Shown: in pieces, positions 51,401-64,000 of the stretch
Layout: every line of letters starts with the position of its first letter
How positions within the stretch are numbered: the stretch's first letter is position 1
Assembly (NCBI RefSeq): GCF_006345805.1
Contig: NC_043021.1
Coordinates: 25,668,001-25,732,000, forward strand
Source of the DNA: Octopus sinensis
Taxonomy: Eukaryota
Direction: 5' to 3'
Length of the DNA stretch: 64,000 nt
The notes under the pieces: model-generated
What the model was told of the DNA's origin: nothing
The model's database searches: none
The model's input: the letters and a program-made list of their open reading frames with translations, nothing else
Made by a program: the position numbers and the translations under genes

Positions 51401-54400
51401 GTACATCAAAGTTGATGTAGTGTCCAGCAGACAGAACTCCAACAAAGGATGTTAATAGTGTGAACTGACAGGAAGCTATTTATCTCACATCCATGAACCA
51501 GTAACAGAGGGAGATATTTATTCAGAATGACTCTCATAAGACATGTCATTTAAAAACTGCACCTGGTTGGCAAGATGTACCCAACGAACATATTCCACCA
51601 TTCAGTCTGGACTTTTTTCTTCTAAAACAATTATTCTAGTTTGTCTTTTGAAAATTTGATATCAATAAATTCAAGTACTAGCTTTACCAGTTTTCATGAA
51701 TATACTGCATGAAAATTAAGACCTAAATAATTTGATTGCTTGTCTTTACTTTATTGTTCAAATTAAACTTATTTGTTAAATTAATTTCATTTTAAAGAGA
51801 GCTAAACAACCATTAGCACACCAATCATAAATCAAACATTGCCTGGTGATAAAATTCACATTCAAGTAACTTGGGTAAAAAACGATTTTACGAAAAAGGC
51901 TACACTTCTGAAGGAAGTGATCTTGTACTGACAAACTGAAACTCCTCAAAACTCAAACTGATTGAATATTAATTTAGCTTTATGTAATATAAAAGGATTT
52001 CAGTAGACAACCCAAACAAGAGTTCTACAAAAGATGAAGTTCTTTTTTTTAACAAACGAGAAAACTAGCCTATGAAAGTAAAAAAGAAAAAAAAAATTAG
52101 ATATGCATCAAAGAAAGAGAAATATAAGTGTTTGAACATATCGGTGTAATGTACCTAGAATTTTAGAAGTGAAAGAAACATACCAGAGATGAAATAAAAA
52201 TAAGTTTCTCGCAGGAAATGAAAAGGATATTTAGGAGAGTTAATATACTAAGTACCTTTCAGTACCTTGGACAGCAAGTTATGTCTTTCTTCCCAGTCAG
52301 GTCCTGAAATTTCAAGGCGTTCTAAATTATGTTGCGAGGAGAAGCGGATAGAATAATTCAGGAGTTTCTTGGCACAGAAAATAGAGAAATGCATGACTGG
52401 GTCTTGGTTTTCAATTTGATCCAAAAATATATGTACATATATATGTATGCATATTATATTATACACATGTGCACACATATGTACATGCCCATACACACGT
52501 GCACATTTATGTTCTTATGCACATACATGAACATGTTTACATACAAACATAACCTACAGACAACCATATGTACACAGATACATGCATACACATGCATTTA
52601 CATGTATATGCATACATTATATATTACACTTAGGAAACTGACTAAAGTTACTTGTTTACGTAAATTGAAATAGATAAATTGATGGATAAAATTTTTTTTT
52701 AAATGCTATCTCAACACCAAAACAAATATTGTTACCTGAAGACAGTTATTACTAAAATCTTAATTACTAAATAGAGACCAATTAGAATTAACCATTTAAA
52801 ATAGGTATAGTTTAAAGACCAAAGTATAATAATGATATTAATAATAAATTGTAACTGACTGTAACAAACCTAATTTGTTTAGGATTAAATCAAAATTGAA
52901 GGATTAACAAAATAGTAAAAGCTGTTTAAAAAAATATAATTCCTCACATTAGCAACTAAAAATGTAAATAAAAAGAAAGCAAGCTACAAAAAAAAAAACA
53001 CAAACTGAAAAGGTAAATAATAGTCCTCCAGCACAAGCAAGCAAGCAGAGAGCTTGTATCAGGTGCAATGAAATAACAAGCATTCTATTTATAATTATGA
53101 TGATAAAACTACCATCAATGCACCAGAGGAAAAAACTAGTTGCAGTGAATGGTCAGGTTTTTTTCAATTGATATTGGCCAATTGTACACAAGAAATTGAC
53201 AGCATAATGACAATTAATTTGAAATAAAATTGAACAGATGAAATACACACTACCATCTTATCCAACAATTAGTTTTAATTACTGTTTCCATATAAAGTAA
53301 GATTATGATTTTAAAAACAAAGAAAAATTTTAATTGTATTCCAGATATGAAGATACAAAAATCTAAGTAAATAATTTGTGAGATACGAGATATTCCAACA
53401 GAAATTTGGGACATTTTCTAATACAGAATATTAAACCCAGCCTCTGCATGAATTAGCTGTAATAATCTTAGGATATACTCAGAACTATTCATAGAGGTCA
53501 AATTATTTGTGAATAATACAAATCATCATCATTGTTTAATGCCTATTTTCCCCTGCTTGTATAGGTTAGACACAATTCATTGAGACAGATTTTATATGGT
53601 TGGATGCCCTTCCCGTCACCAACCCTCACCAGTTTCAAAGCAAGTTAACACATCATGGAAGACTAAACAAACAATACAGCTTATATGGACTGTGATGCTC
53701 ATCACAGGTCAAGTCAAAGGTACACTCAGACACACCACCATCGTCATTTAACATCTGTTTTCCATGCTGGCATGGGTTGGATGATTTGACTGAGGACTGG
53801 TAAGCCAGGAGGCTGCACCAGGCTCCAATCCAATCCAGCAAGGTTTCATTATAATTCAATGACTGTTCAACCCATGCTACCATGGATCGAACAGTTTGAC
53901 AGAGTCCAGTGAGCTACTGAGCTACATCAAGTGCCACCGTCAGCTTTGGCATATTTTCTATGGGTGGATATCGTTCCTGATGCCAACCACTGTACTGTGT
54001 GTATTTGGTGCTTTTTACTTGCCACTGGTACAAGTGAGGATGTAGAATAATTTGCAAGATGAGAAAAGAACAGATAAAAAGTTTCCTCAGTGGTTTTTAT
54101 GCCAGGAGTTGAGAGGCTGAAAGTATGATAGATCAAGCACAGGTGTCTTGCTGTAGAGGAGACACATGTGGGAGCAGTTGAAAGGGCAGAGATGCCAGAG
54201 CATATCAAGGCAAGAAGGCAGGTTGGAAGGAGAGAGGAGGAGAAGTTTGACAAGATTGTGAGTGGAGAGTAATAGATGGGTAGAGGTAGAAGTGAATATA
54301 GTGAGTGATGAACAAGGGTGGAGGTGCAGTTGATGGAGATGGGGTAAAGTGGGAGAAATATACAGAGCTCAGGAGAGAAATTAAATCAAAAAGTAGGAAG

Positions 54401-54673
54401 ATGTGCAAGGTGTAGGAGCAGTAAAGACAGAGATGTTGAATGCCATATGCGAAGAAGTGGGGGTGGGGAAGGCAACATGTCCTGACAGTTTAAGTGATTG
54501 CAGCAGGTGAGTAGTGCCATAGACAGGAGAGTGTTGGACATCAGGAGATGAAATGTGGGGAAGAGCTGACAGGGATGAGAGGATGGAGGAGAGAAACAGT
54601 GCCAAGGTGGTTTTAGGACATCATTTATGCTGTAATGGCCAGGATGTCTTGTGTACAGCAAATCACCAATCAT

Positions 54674-54990
54674 TTCGATCCTTTGTCCATCTCCTCTGTA
54701 AGACTGAGCATATTACAATCAATTCCACTACTTTGTCCCATGTCTTCCTGGGTTTCCCTCTTCCACAAGCTCCAACTCTATGCAACTGTTCTTATCCGTA
54801 TGTATCACATAACCAAACCAGCAGTTTTCTCTCTTTTACATTCTATATTTGATCTCTCAATTTTCCATTCAATACATTAGCACTTTGTTACACATGCACA
54901 CTGATATTGTACATTCCATGGAGCATACTAGTTCACTCTTCTCTAGTCATTTGCATGTACTCTGCATTCAGGGCCCTTGTTTCACTACCA
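54674..54990 (-). mobile_element. Degenerate RTE C-terminal fragment
   Basis: Homologous to 5250-5600 (tgtcttcctgggtttccctcttccacaagc corresponds to GRGKPRKTW). Confidence 0.65.
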
Positions 54991-55700
54991 TACACATTAT
55001 CATCATTTAACGTCAGTCTTCCATGCTGGCATGGATATACACACACACACACAAATATACATACAATGGGTGTCATTCAGTTTCTGAGTGGGACAGAACC
55101 CAACATCACATGGATGAGAAACAGGCTTCTTAACCACAAAGTCACACCCACATGTAATCTACAGATAAATGAACAGATCTATTGGAATCGGGCCACTACA
55201 GTGATTTTACAATCTGATTAATAAAGCTGACACTTCCTAAATAAAAAGTCCAATCTTTATTAAAAAAGTTACAAACATTTTTACATATTGTTGGCAATAT
55301 ATAGATTAAATTACTGATGTCATCAAGTTCATTTTAAATTATTTTAATTCTTGTTACAAAAAACATGGAAAAAATTAACTGCAAATTCTAGAGTTTGAAC
55401 TCTGCTATAGCCATATTTCTTTTTTATCTTCCTAAAAGGTACAATATTTTGTTTACCAGTTAAGTTTAGCATAATTGTCAGAAAGAAGATTCAAATATAG
55501 AATATTTTTTTTTTAACTACACTAAAACTGATGAATGGATAAAGAAATAAAATGTATTAAAATTATTAAACATAAGTTATTTTTCAGAAAATGGTAGCAT
55601 ATTAGCATTATGACAAATCCTTAAACCATTTGATACCATCTTACCTGAAACCACTCTTGGTTCTATGAGACAAGCTTATTTTAAAATAATCTAAGTTTAA

Positions 55701-55888
55701 CCCTTTAGCATTTAGACAGGCCATGTCCAGCCCAGATATTCTATCTGCTTTATGTCCAAACCAGCCTGGTCCAGCTTCATACACCTATCCTGCACATCAT
55801 TCTACAAGTAAGCAATCACATCATCAGCTACAAGATAATGCATGATTAAATAAGCATTACACTTGATAGTCATCTGAATACTAAAGAG
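55701..55888 (+). mobile_element. TTAA MITE family 1 copy
   Basis: TTAA-CCCTTTAGCATT...GAATACTAAAGAG-TCAA. Confidence 0.75.
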
Positions 55889-58800
55889 TCAAAACCTTCT
55901 CTCATGATTTCATGTCAATTTATATTCTCAACATCAGCTTAATTAAAGATAAAGTTGTTTTACTAAATTCTTCATTATTTTTAAAATCAATTAAAACAAA
56001 GGAATAGTATTTCAACAGAAATATACCAAAAAGGTTAGCAGCACCAAAGCCTGCTGGGCACAGACTGGTGGTTTGACAGGATCCGACATGTTGGAGGATG
56101 ATGGCTTGCTCCAATGTCAGTTTTGGCACAGTCTTTATGCCTGGATGCCCTTCCTTAATGCCAGCCATTTTACAGAATGCACTGCAAGTTTGTTTTTTGT
56201 TTTGTTTTTGAAAGCACAGCAACTCTTTGCATGTTAACTTTCTCAAGGATTGTAAGGAAGCAAATTAGAATACGCAAAATTATAAAACAGGCCAACATTT
56301 TCGAGCTTACTCATCATACGGCCTATACTAACAGCACCAATTTTTTTAGCAGATGGTAACTTAATCATTCAGAGATTCTGGTTATAAAGTATCTAGTGCT
56401 TCAAGTTATTTACCAAATAAAAGAAAAATTTGCAGTGAAAGACACAAATATTTATAACTGAATAAAAAAGACATTGCTGGTAATTTTTTTTTTTAATATT
56501 TTAATTTGAAAGACATGATAAAACTAAAAAAAAATTATTATAAAGAATATAATTTAAGAGCTAACCAACCCCACCAAAAATTAAAGTTTTACTAAGCACA
56601 AACATTTTAAGTGCCCACACTGATATAAAATTTAATTTATTGACAAACACACGCATATACAAAAATAGAATTAAAGTTTATTCTCAGTACAAAATCAAAT
56701 CAACCACATTTTTCTGATCCAGCATTTTACACAAAGCACCACTGAAAGAGACTGATGCTGCTAACTTTGCAAGCTTAATTACTATAAAGTGAACCCCACC
56801 CCCATCCAGTTTAGAATGAATTATCATTTATAGTAATTAATGAATGTTATGCTCAAATGAAGCAAAACCATATTATTATTATATATAGATTGTTGGATAC
56901 AGACCAGATTCAACACTTTATTCTGTTCATTCATCATTGATGAATTCTTGTACAAGTCTACCAATGTTGAACTATGGTAGTGTGGGTTAAATTTTCTATT
57001 CCAGCAAATGGCTATTATCTTCTTTTAAGGTATATGCAACAAAATTGACTTCTGCATTAGGGTTAATTTGACAAATATTTAACTGCTATTAGCAGTAGGC
57101 CAGATAAATGCATAAGTTATTTGCCTGTAAATTATAATTTTAGTTTGTGAAATTGTCTACTAATGAGCAATCATTTTGGAAATGGACATACATACATTGA
57201 AGCACCTCGATTCTAATGAAACCTCTTACTAATCCATATATGTGTGTATATATATATATTTATTGATTAAAAAAAAATAATACAATTTTGACACAAAGCA
57301 AACGGAAAGATGTAATAGAGAAATGAAAACAAAATCACTTTTAAGCAAGAATTAAATCAATATCAGACATGACTTAGTGAAGATTACATTCTCAAATTAT
57401 CAGACATTGTTTTTGTTTAACTCAGTTTAAAGAGCAAGTTGAGAAGATGATGATGATGAATAATTTATATATTTGATACAAAAAAGGAGATGAAAGATGA
57501 GTCATGTACCTTTCTTGGTATTAATTAGCAAAGTGAAGTGGAATGGCATCAAGATTCAAAATTGCCACACAAGAACTGTTTTATTTTATTTATTTTTTTT
57601 TTTTGTGAAGGTACCAAGTAAAATCTAGTAGTGAAGGGGTATAATAAATTCCTGATACCCATTCTCTTACAGAAATATCCAATATATATTTTATCATTCA
57701 GTGATGAAAGATGACAGATTTAGAGCCATAAAAAAGAAGTTACAAATTAGCAAGCAGTCTGACATCAATTGTATTTGGGAGATGCCAACAATCTCTGTCA
57801 ATACTGAAGAGAGAAAAGTTACTTTCAATGGTCACAATTTAGCTGAAACTATCATGTTTACTGTTTTAATTATTATCAAAATTAGTATGCAAATCAAACT
57901 GAAAACATCCCACATGTACAAAATATCAAAAGCCAAAAAAAGATAGACGGGTTTCAATAATTTTCTCCATGTCAACAGCCTGATGTCTTTCCTGCTGTTA
58001 TTAACTGCAGCAAAAACTTTATTATTCCAAGAAAATATGTACAAAATATTTTTTACAATGGTATCCTTAGCAAAATAAGCCTCCAAATTCAAGAAAAGCA
58101 TTCAAAGTGTTTGAGTATGCATCTCCATACTTTGTGAAGAATAATAAAGTTGACAAAACAAACATTGAATCAATCTACAATGAATAAATAGGCTACTGTT
58201 AAAAGTACAAGAGATATTTAAAAGAATGACAGAAAATGTAAATAAGAAAACAATAAAGCAGAAAAAAAAAGATAACTCTAGAGGGCTCGTTTCGAATGCG
58301 GCTTCAGTTGAGCTTTTACACACAAGAAAACTGTACAAGTGTTTTCAAATATTTAAATGTGTATTTTGAGTTGGAAAAATAAAAAAAAAAGAATAACTTG
58401 CTTTAATTTAGTGAAGAGTTTCTAGTTGTGATTGCAGACTGGCTGCTGTCTGGCTGAATAAGCTAAATGTCAAATGGTTTACTTCATTCTTCTTTTGCTG
58501 AATACAAGTGGATCAGTCTGACAAGACCATTTGTCCTTGGCAGGTATACATAAGAAACAACAATCACACAATCCAGCTAAGCCTGTTTCACAATAGAGAT
58601 TATAGCTAATAATAATAATAATAATCTAAAGATAACACAGACCAATGCTTCACACTGCCAGCCAGAAAAACATGATGCATACATATTTATAATGCAAAAA
58701 ACCTTGGGAAACAATTCTTTTGACATTTTGCTTCTAATTTGCATTTAATCTACAATACTTGTATACATGACATTTTATAGCTTAATACAAAAACACTAAT

Positions 58801-60276
58801 TAATTATTAATGTCTCTGTCACAAGGTATTGTTTAAATTTATATTACATACAGTTCTGAAACTGTACAGTAAGCTTTCATTTTAAATCATTACTGAAAGC
58901 TGGAGTGTGCAATATTAATTGCCAAGACAGGTTCCTTTTAAGATGAGAAAGTGGTTGGAGTAAATTAAGAAATTTCATTGCTAGCTGTCTGGGAAGTACT
59001 ACAATTGTTTTAAAAATAAAACATAGCTCACCCAATATAGTAACTAAATACAGCTGAGTGAGATCTTATTACTTGCTGTTGAATCAATTTTTTAAATGTT
59101 TAATAAACACTTCAACATTTTAGCATCAATAAAAATGGACACTAGTGAACAAATACCAACAAAAATTTCATGTGGTCATTCAGTCTCCAAACACACACAA
59201 TTGATGGTACTTCACAACACCAGGGCAGTGGAGTTATTGAAGCCCAACTCAATGTACAGACTCCAACAAAATGGAAATTGTAATATGTTAAAAATTTCCC
59301 ATTTCAGGAACTAATTCAACAATTTTCTACACAGAAAATAATCAAATGAGCTTCTTTGAAAGAGAAAGTTCTGATAAAAGGTTTTCATTTTGGATCATTT
59401 TTTTTTATTCAACTCCCATTCTACAGCTACACCTATACAGTATTGGTTTCTTAAACTTTTCAATCTTTTCGTCACTTCAATTTTATATTCAATGCTTTTC
59501 ATCTTGAAAATAAGGGTTGTTATCTGAGATGGTTTTTATTTTTATAGTTTGTTCCTTTTGTAGCTTTGTATTAACCTTTTAATAAAACAGCCTCTTTTTA
59601 TGATTAATTGTAATTTCTTTAATAAATATTTAAAAAACAAAAAAAACAAAAAGGGCCACTCCAGAGGCTTGATGGCTGATTCACTAAGCAGTTAAGTCTG
59701 TTGGGTGCTTTCAATCAATGCATGGTTAGTTTAAGTTAGTGGGACCTTAAGTCAAGCAGTTAGCATAAAAAGGACTCCAAACACCTGTACATTAGGAGGT
59801 AAGCTAAAAATAAAACAAAAAAAAACAACAGAAGCCAGAACACATAAACATCGTTAAATGCATCAATGCAACAGATTCAAACATATATTTAATTAGGTTT
59901 TCAAATATACATTTAACAAAGATAATATTTAAGTGACTCCTCCAGATTCTTGCTGGGTACAAAAGTAGGATTCTTATTCTATTGCCAATACAAGAAAGAA
60001 TCTGATGGAATCACAATTATATTCAATCAAACAATACCACTAGGTATTACCTAGTGGCTTTTTTTTTTAGCTCATCTTCACCTCACCCCAGACATCAAAC
60101 ATCTTTTAATCTATTCCTTTCCCCCATGTCACTTCTTTAAAGCCATGTACTAACATGACCTAACAATTCCATTCATGAAATACTTATGTCATTACAGTAC
60201 TATTTCTAACAAAGTATATAATTGTCAGGTTCTTCTCTGCAATAGTACAACCAAACCTGCACTGCTTACTCTAAGG

Positions 60277-60553
60277 CAGTGTTCCTCAACCGTTTTACCC
60301 TTGCGTAACTCTTAAATTACAGGTCTCGAGGAACACGTGCATAAAAAAAACTTATATACCATGTCTTTCTCTTCGTAGTTCATGTGGTAAATATCATATA
60401 TATATGGTTGTTATATTTTTTGATAACATAAAAGATTAGATAGGATGATATCTATATTACCAATATGTTGTGCACGTATAGCAATATTATGATCATGAAA
60501 TTAGCATTAGCTTATCTCACTCTTTCTTGCGGAACCCAGGTTGAGAAACGCTG
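60277..60553. mobile_element. hAT-type MITE (277 bp) with perfect 8-bp TSD
   Basis: TSD CTCTAAGG at 60269-60276 and 60554-60561. TIRs are CAGTGTTCCTCAACC and GGTTGAGAAACGCTG (13/15). Confidence 0.9.
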
Positions 60554-61842
60554 CTCTAAGGAGTTGCTCAAGTTTTTTAACACAGTTTTATTTTTTCTCC
60601 ACCATGTGGTTTCAGCCCCACTGCATGGCATCTTGGCCAACCAAAGACATTTAAACAGTTTATTAGACAAATGAAAGAAGTCTGTCATGTGTATATATAT
60701 ATATATATTTTTTTATTTATATTTACAATAATCTGGTGATCTCTTTTCTCATCTAGGCCACCTGATTATAGTAGACAAGTGTCATTGCCATATAAATGAT
60801 GTCACTCATTTCCAATCTTAAAAACAATGTCCAGTAATGATAAAATACTGCCTTGCTCACAAACAAGGGCTGGCAACAGGAAGGACATCTGGTAGTAGAA
60901 AATCATGAAAAAGTGGACATCAAAAAAGATGCTAAAACATGACTTGCTTTTTATTTTTATTATTTCTTTAACATGATCAGCCATTGTAAGTTTGAATTTA
61001 TACATTTTCCCCACATCTGTTTTTCTTGATCATGTTAAGATATTCTCTCTAAACTCCTCAACTGGAAAGTGCATTCATCTGGAGTTTTCATATAAATTTG
61101 TGTGTCACTGCAATCACCTTGCAATGTAAAAGATAAATCTGATATGACAAAAATTATGGGCCCCTAGACTGATTCCTGAAGTATTTCACTGCTTATGCTT
61201 TGCCGATTCAATCTTGATCCCTTTACAAATACACAAAGTTTCCTTGCGAGGTAGGAAAGCTTCAATTCATGACAAAACATTTCCTTCAAAACCAATTACA
61301 GTGTAATTGGTATAGTTTATAGATTAATTCTACGTAACAGAACATCAACAAAAGGTCTCACTAAAATTCAAATGGACTCATCATACTTTTTACTTTTCCT
61401 CATACATCTGTGAACAATCTTTCAATGCTTTTAATAAATTTGTCAAACATGAGCAACAAGGTACAAATCCATCTTGATAATTGCCCTCAGGAAGTTAGTT
61501 ATTCTCAATAATGAAACTCGTTATGTTTCTTCTTACAATATAATTTCAAATATCTACATGTTTTTTTGTTTTGTTTTTTTCTCTTGGTGACTTGTGGAAA
61601 TGTGATAACATTTAAGACTGAAGAATTTCAGGAATCCACTTGTACATCATTTGACTAGATGTGCTAAGATATATATCAAAAGAGTACCTATTTTTTAAGC
61701 AATGATTTTATGGACTCATCTCTCTCAATGAACATTGCACCAAGAAATTAAATCCTTAGCACTTCACAGTTGTTTTTTTTTAGCAAATTGCTGTGAGGGG
61801 CATTTTATACCCAATCACAATTATTTTTTTTGTGGCCTTTAA

Positions 61843-62066
61843 CCTTTTAGCATTTAAACCAACCATATCTGACCAAAATAATCAGCCTGTTTTATCTTCG
61901 AAACAGACAGATCTGGCCTTTCATACATCCCCTACAATATTATTCACACAAAAAAAAAAAAAATCACATCATTGAAATCACAGAACTACAAGGTGTTGCT
62001 TGACTCGTTCAAATCAATGTAAAGAAATAAGCATTACATTTGACAGAAATCTGAATGCTGAACGGG
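61843..62066 (+). mobile_element. TTAA MITE family 1 copy
   Basis: TTAA-CCTTTTAGCATT...GAATGCTGAACGGG-TAAA. Confidence 0.7.
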
Positions 62067-62799
62067 TAAAGATTTCCTGTTATTGAGGTTTTGCTCCAGC
62101 CACCTAACATCTTCCTTAGCCCATACATCACAGAAAGAATTGCTGTGACAAAGGAGAATTTAGCTTCAAGAAATTTACATAGTTCTTTGTTTTTCCTATA
62201 CAAGTTGTATTGCTTCCTTAATCCATGGTATCTCTTTCAGCTAACAACAACGACTCGAAAGACCACTGAATACTGTAGACCCAAATACACTGGAGATGAC
62301 TAGAATGTCTGATCGGCACTATCAGGGCTGACCCTGACAACAGCAAAGCAAAAAGAGTACTTACTATTTCGAGGGGTGGGGGCAAAATACATGTTGAAAA
62401 TGTCATGAATTTAGTAGAAGCTATTCAGAGTATAAGGTAGGGGGCACGGAAAATCTGGAATGAAATAGCTTTCTGACAGAACTAATATCTAAGTTGATGA
62501 GGGATCTGCTAACAGTAATACAAAACAGCGGGAAACTGGATTCTTAAAATTTCATTATAAAGAATAACAGAGCATCATTGTGTAATCACATATTCTACAG
62601 TTTTACAAAATGGATAAGAGGAGAGAGCAGATGGTTTTAAAATAAAACCAAAATGACGAAACTTGTGTTGAAAACAAGGTACATTGCTTAACTGATGATG
62701 ACTTGCTAGGTCCAAGCTTCTAAATAATTTTCTGAGACTAAAATAGATCTGAATAAAATCATTTGCTTCCATTTAACAAGTGATTAACCAAATTATTTA

Positions 62800-64000
62800 A
62801 CAGACAATAAGCAGTAGAAGCTGAATATAGGTCAAATTAATTTGGGAAAGTTTGGCTATCAACCAGTCAATAATAAACGACCTTCACAGACGTGGTTCGT
62901 CTGGCCTCAAGGAAGGAGGAATCAACACAAATCAATAATGAAGATGGGGAAGAGAGAGTGACTTCGATTTGTATTTTAAAAGTTGGCTGAATCGAGGTCA
63001 TCTTCGTTGTGTATGTCTGTCCGGATATTAAATTTTAATTAATATCAGGAAACACAAATATTTCAAATCAACGGACTTTTGCTACAACCGTGTGAGTGGA
63101 TGTTCTAGTTTCTGCTTCCACCATCCGTGGTATTTTGGTTGTTTTTTTTGGTTTTTCTAGAGAATTGTACATACACAAATGTTAATTACGGGGAGATCTT
63201 CCAGAGAAATTCAGTTTAAAATCTCTCAACTGCAATAATCACTAGAGGATGCCACAACAGACACAAAGCGTGCAAATGATAATAAAAAAAAACCCCAGAA
63301 AAACTGCACAACCATTTTAAATGATACAAGTAAATTTTGGCAGCCAAAAGGAATGCCACAACTATTTTGGGAAAGAGGACGAAAAAAGAAAATGAAGACA
63401 GAGTCGTGGATTTGCTGTTAATTTTCCTCCGCCATCATATTTTTATTTTTTATATTTAATTAGACAGTATTAAAAAAAATACCTGGAATAATACAAATAG
63501 TAAAAATAAAACAAATGCCTGCACTGAATCTTGTTTTCTAATTATTATTATTAGCACCTGCCAGCACAAAATCTAAACATAATATGCATCTAAAGATATG
63601 TGCATATTATGATTTCCTGCCAGCAATTAATAAGTAAAGAAATGAGAACAATGAATGATCAAAACCAAAAGAAATGCCGAGAGTCAACAATAGCAGCAGT
63701 GCTGGGTAAAAATAGCAGATTATTGAGCCACCAAGGTTGTGTGAGGTAGGTAACACCTACCTAGATCAGTAACAAGTACTCCAGTTCTACCATAATATAT
63801 ATAAATATATAAATATAGTAGACATGGTGGCGGCGGTGGTGGTGGTGAAGGAAGTCGGTTACTAGATCAAGTTGTCTTAATTGGTGACGGCTCCGGTCAA
63901 GGATTTACTAAAATCTCCCATCACACAGTCTTCGAAATATATTTCAAAATGAAAAGACAAAAAAACCCTTTAAACCTTCGTTTAATTATTTCCCTGCCAA
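62800..64000. promoter_or_regulatory. CpG-retaining region, probably the 5' part of PP1 intron 1 next to the promoter/exon 1
   Basis: Hand count gives about 22 CpG in 62881-64000 versus about 5 in 48000-50000. YY1-like CCGCCATCAT at 63429-63438. Confidence 0.4.

Noticed and set aside
63418-63435. ATG GCG GAG GAA as PP1 start (MAEE...)
   Set aside because: It is followed immediately by AAT TAA (stop), and no LNxDSIIxRLLE-like sequence appears in any frame.

Overview
AT-rich, repeat-dense animal genomic DNA. The SINE, RTE-LINE and MITE families and the (CA)/(TA)/(TACA) microsatellites look like those of Octopus or another coleoid cephalopod (inference). The only host protein-coding gene I can support is a protein phosphatase 1 catalytic subunit (PP1, alpha/gamma-like) on the minus strand. 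Six coding exons are visible (41438-41307, 36621-36391, 29495-29391, 27420-27197, 25830-25696, 24737-24633). All have canonical GT-AG boundaries and join in one frame (932 nt including the stop). The short ATG-bearing exon 1 was not found and probably lies just beyond base 64000, where CpG density rises. The rest of the window is transposon-derived: a 5'-truncated RTE LINE, older RTE/CR1/L2 fragments, two tRNA-derived SINE families, a full-length decayed mariner, an internally deleted piggyBac with related TTAA MITEs, hAT MITEs and a cluster of long fold-back elements in the first 9 kb. I see no CRISPR, rRNA, true tRNA or prokaryote-type system, and nothing here can be called a demonstrated new biological system from sequence alone. 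The best leads are (i) a triple-CRE cluster with an ATG|GT first-exon candidate at about 12.3 kb, (ii) a nested inverted-repeat element with a TTAGGG core at about 4.3 kb, (iii) a candidate 50-nt poison exon in PP1 intron 5, (iv) a PHD-like finger inside RTE ORF2, and (v) inverted SINE pairs and hairpins that could be ADAR substrates. All counts and identities are hand estimates.
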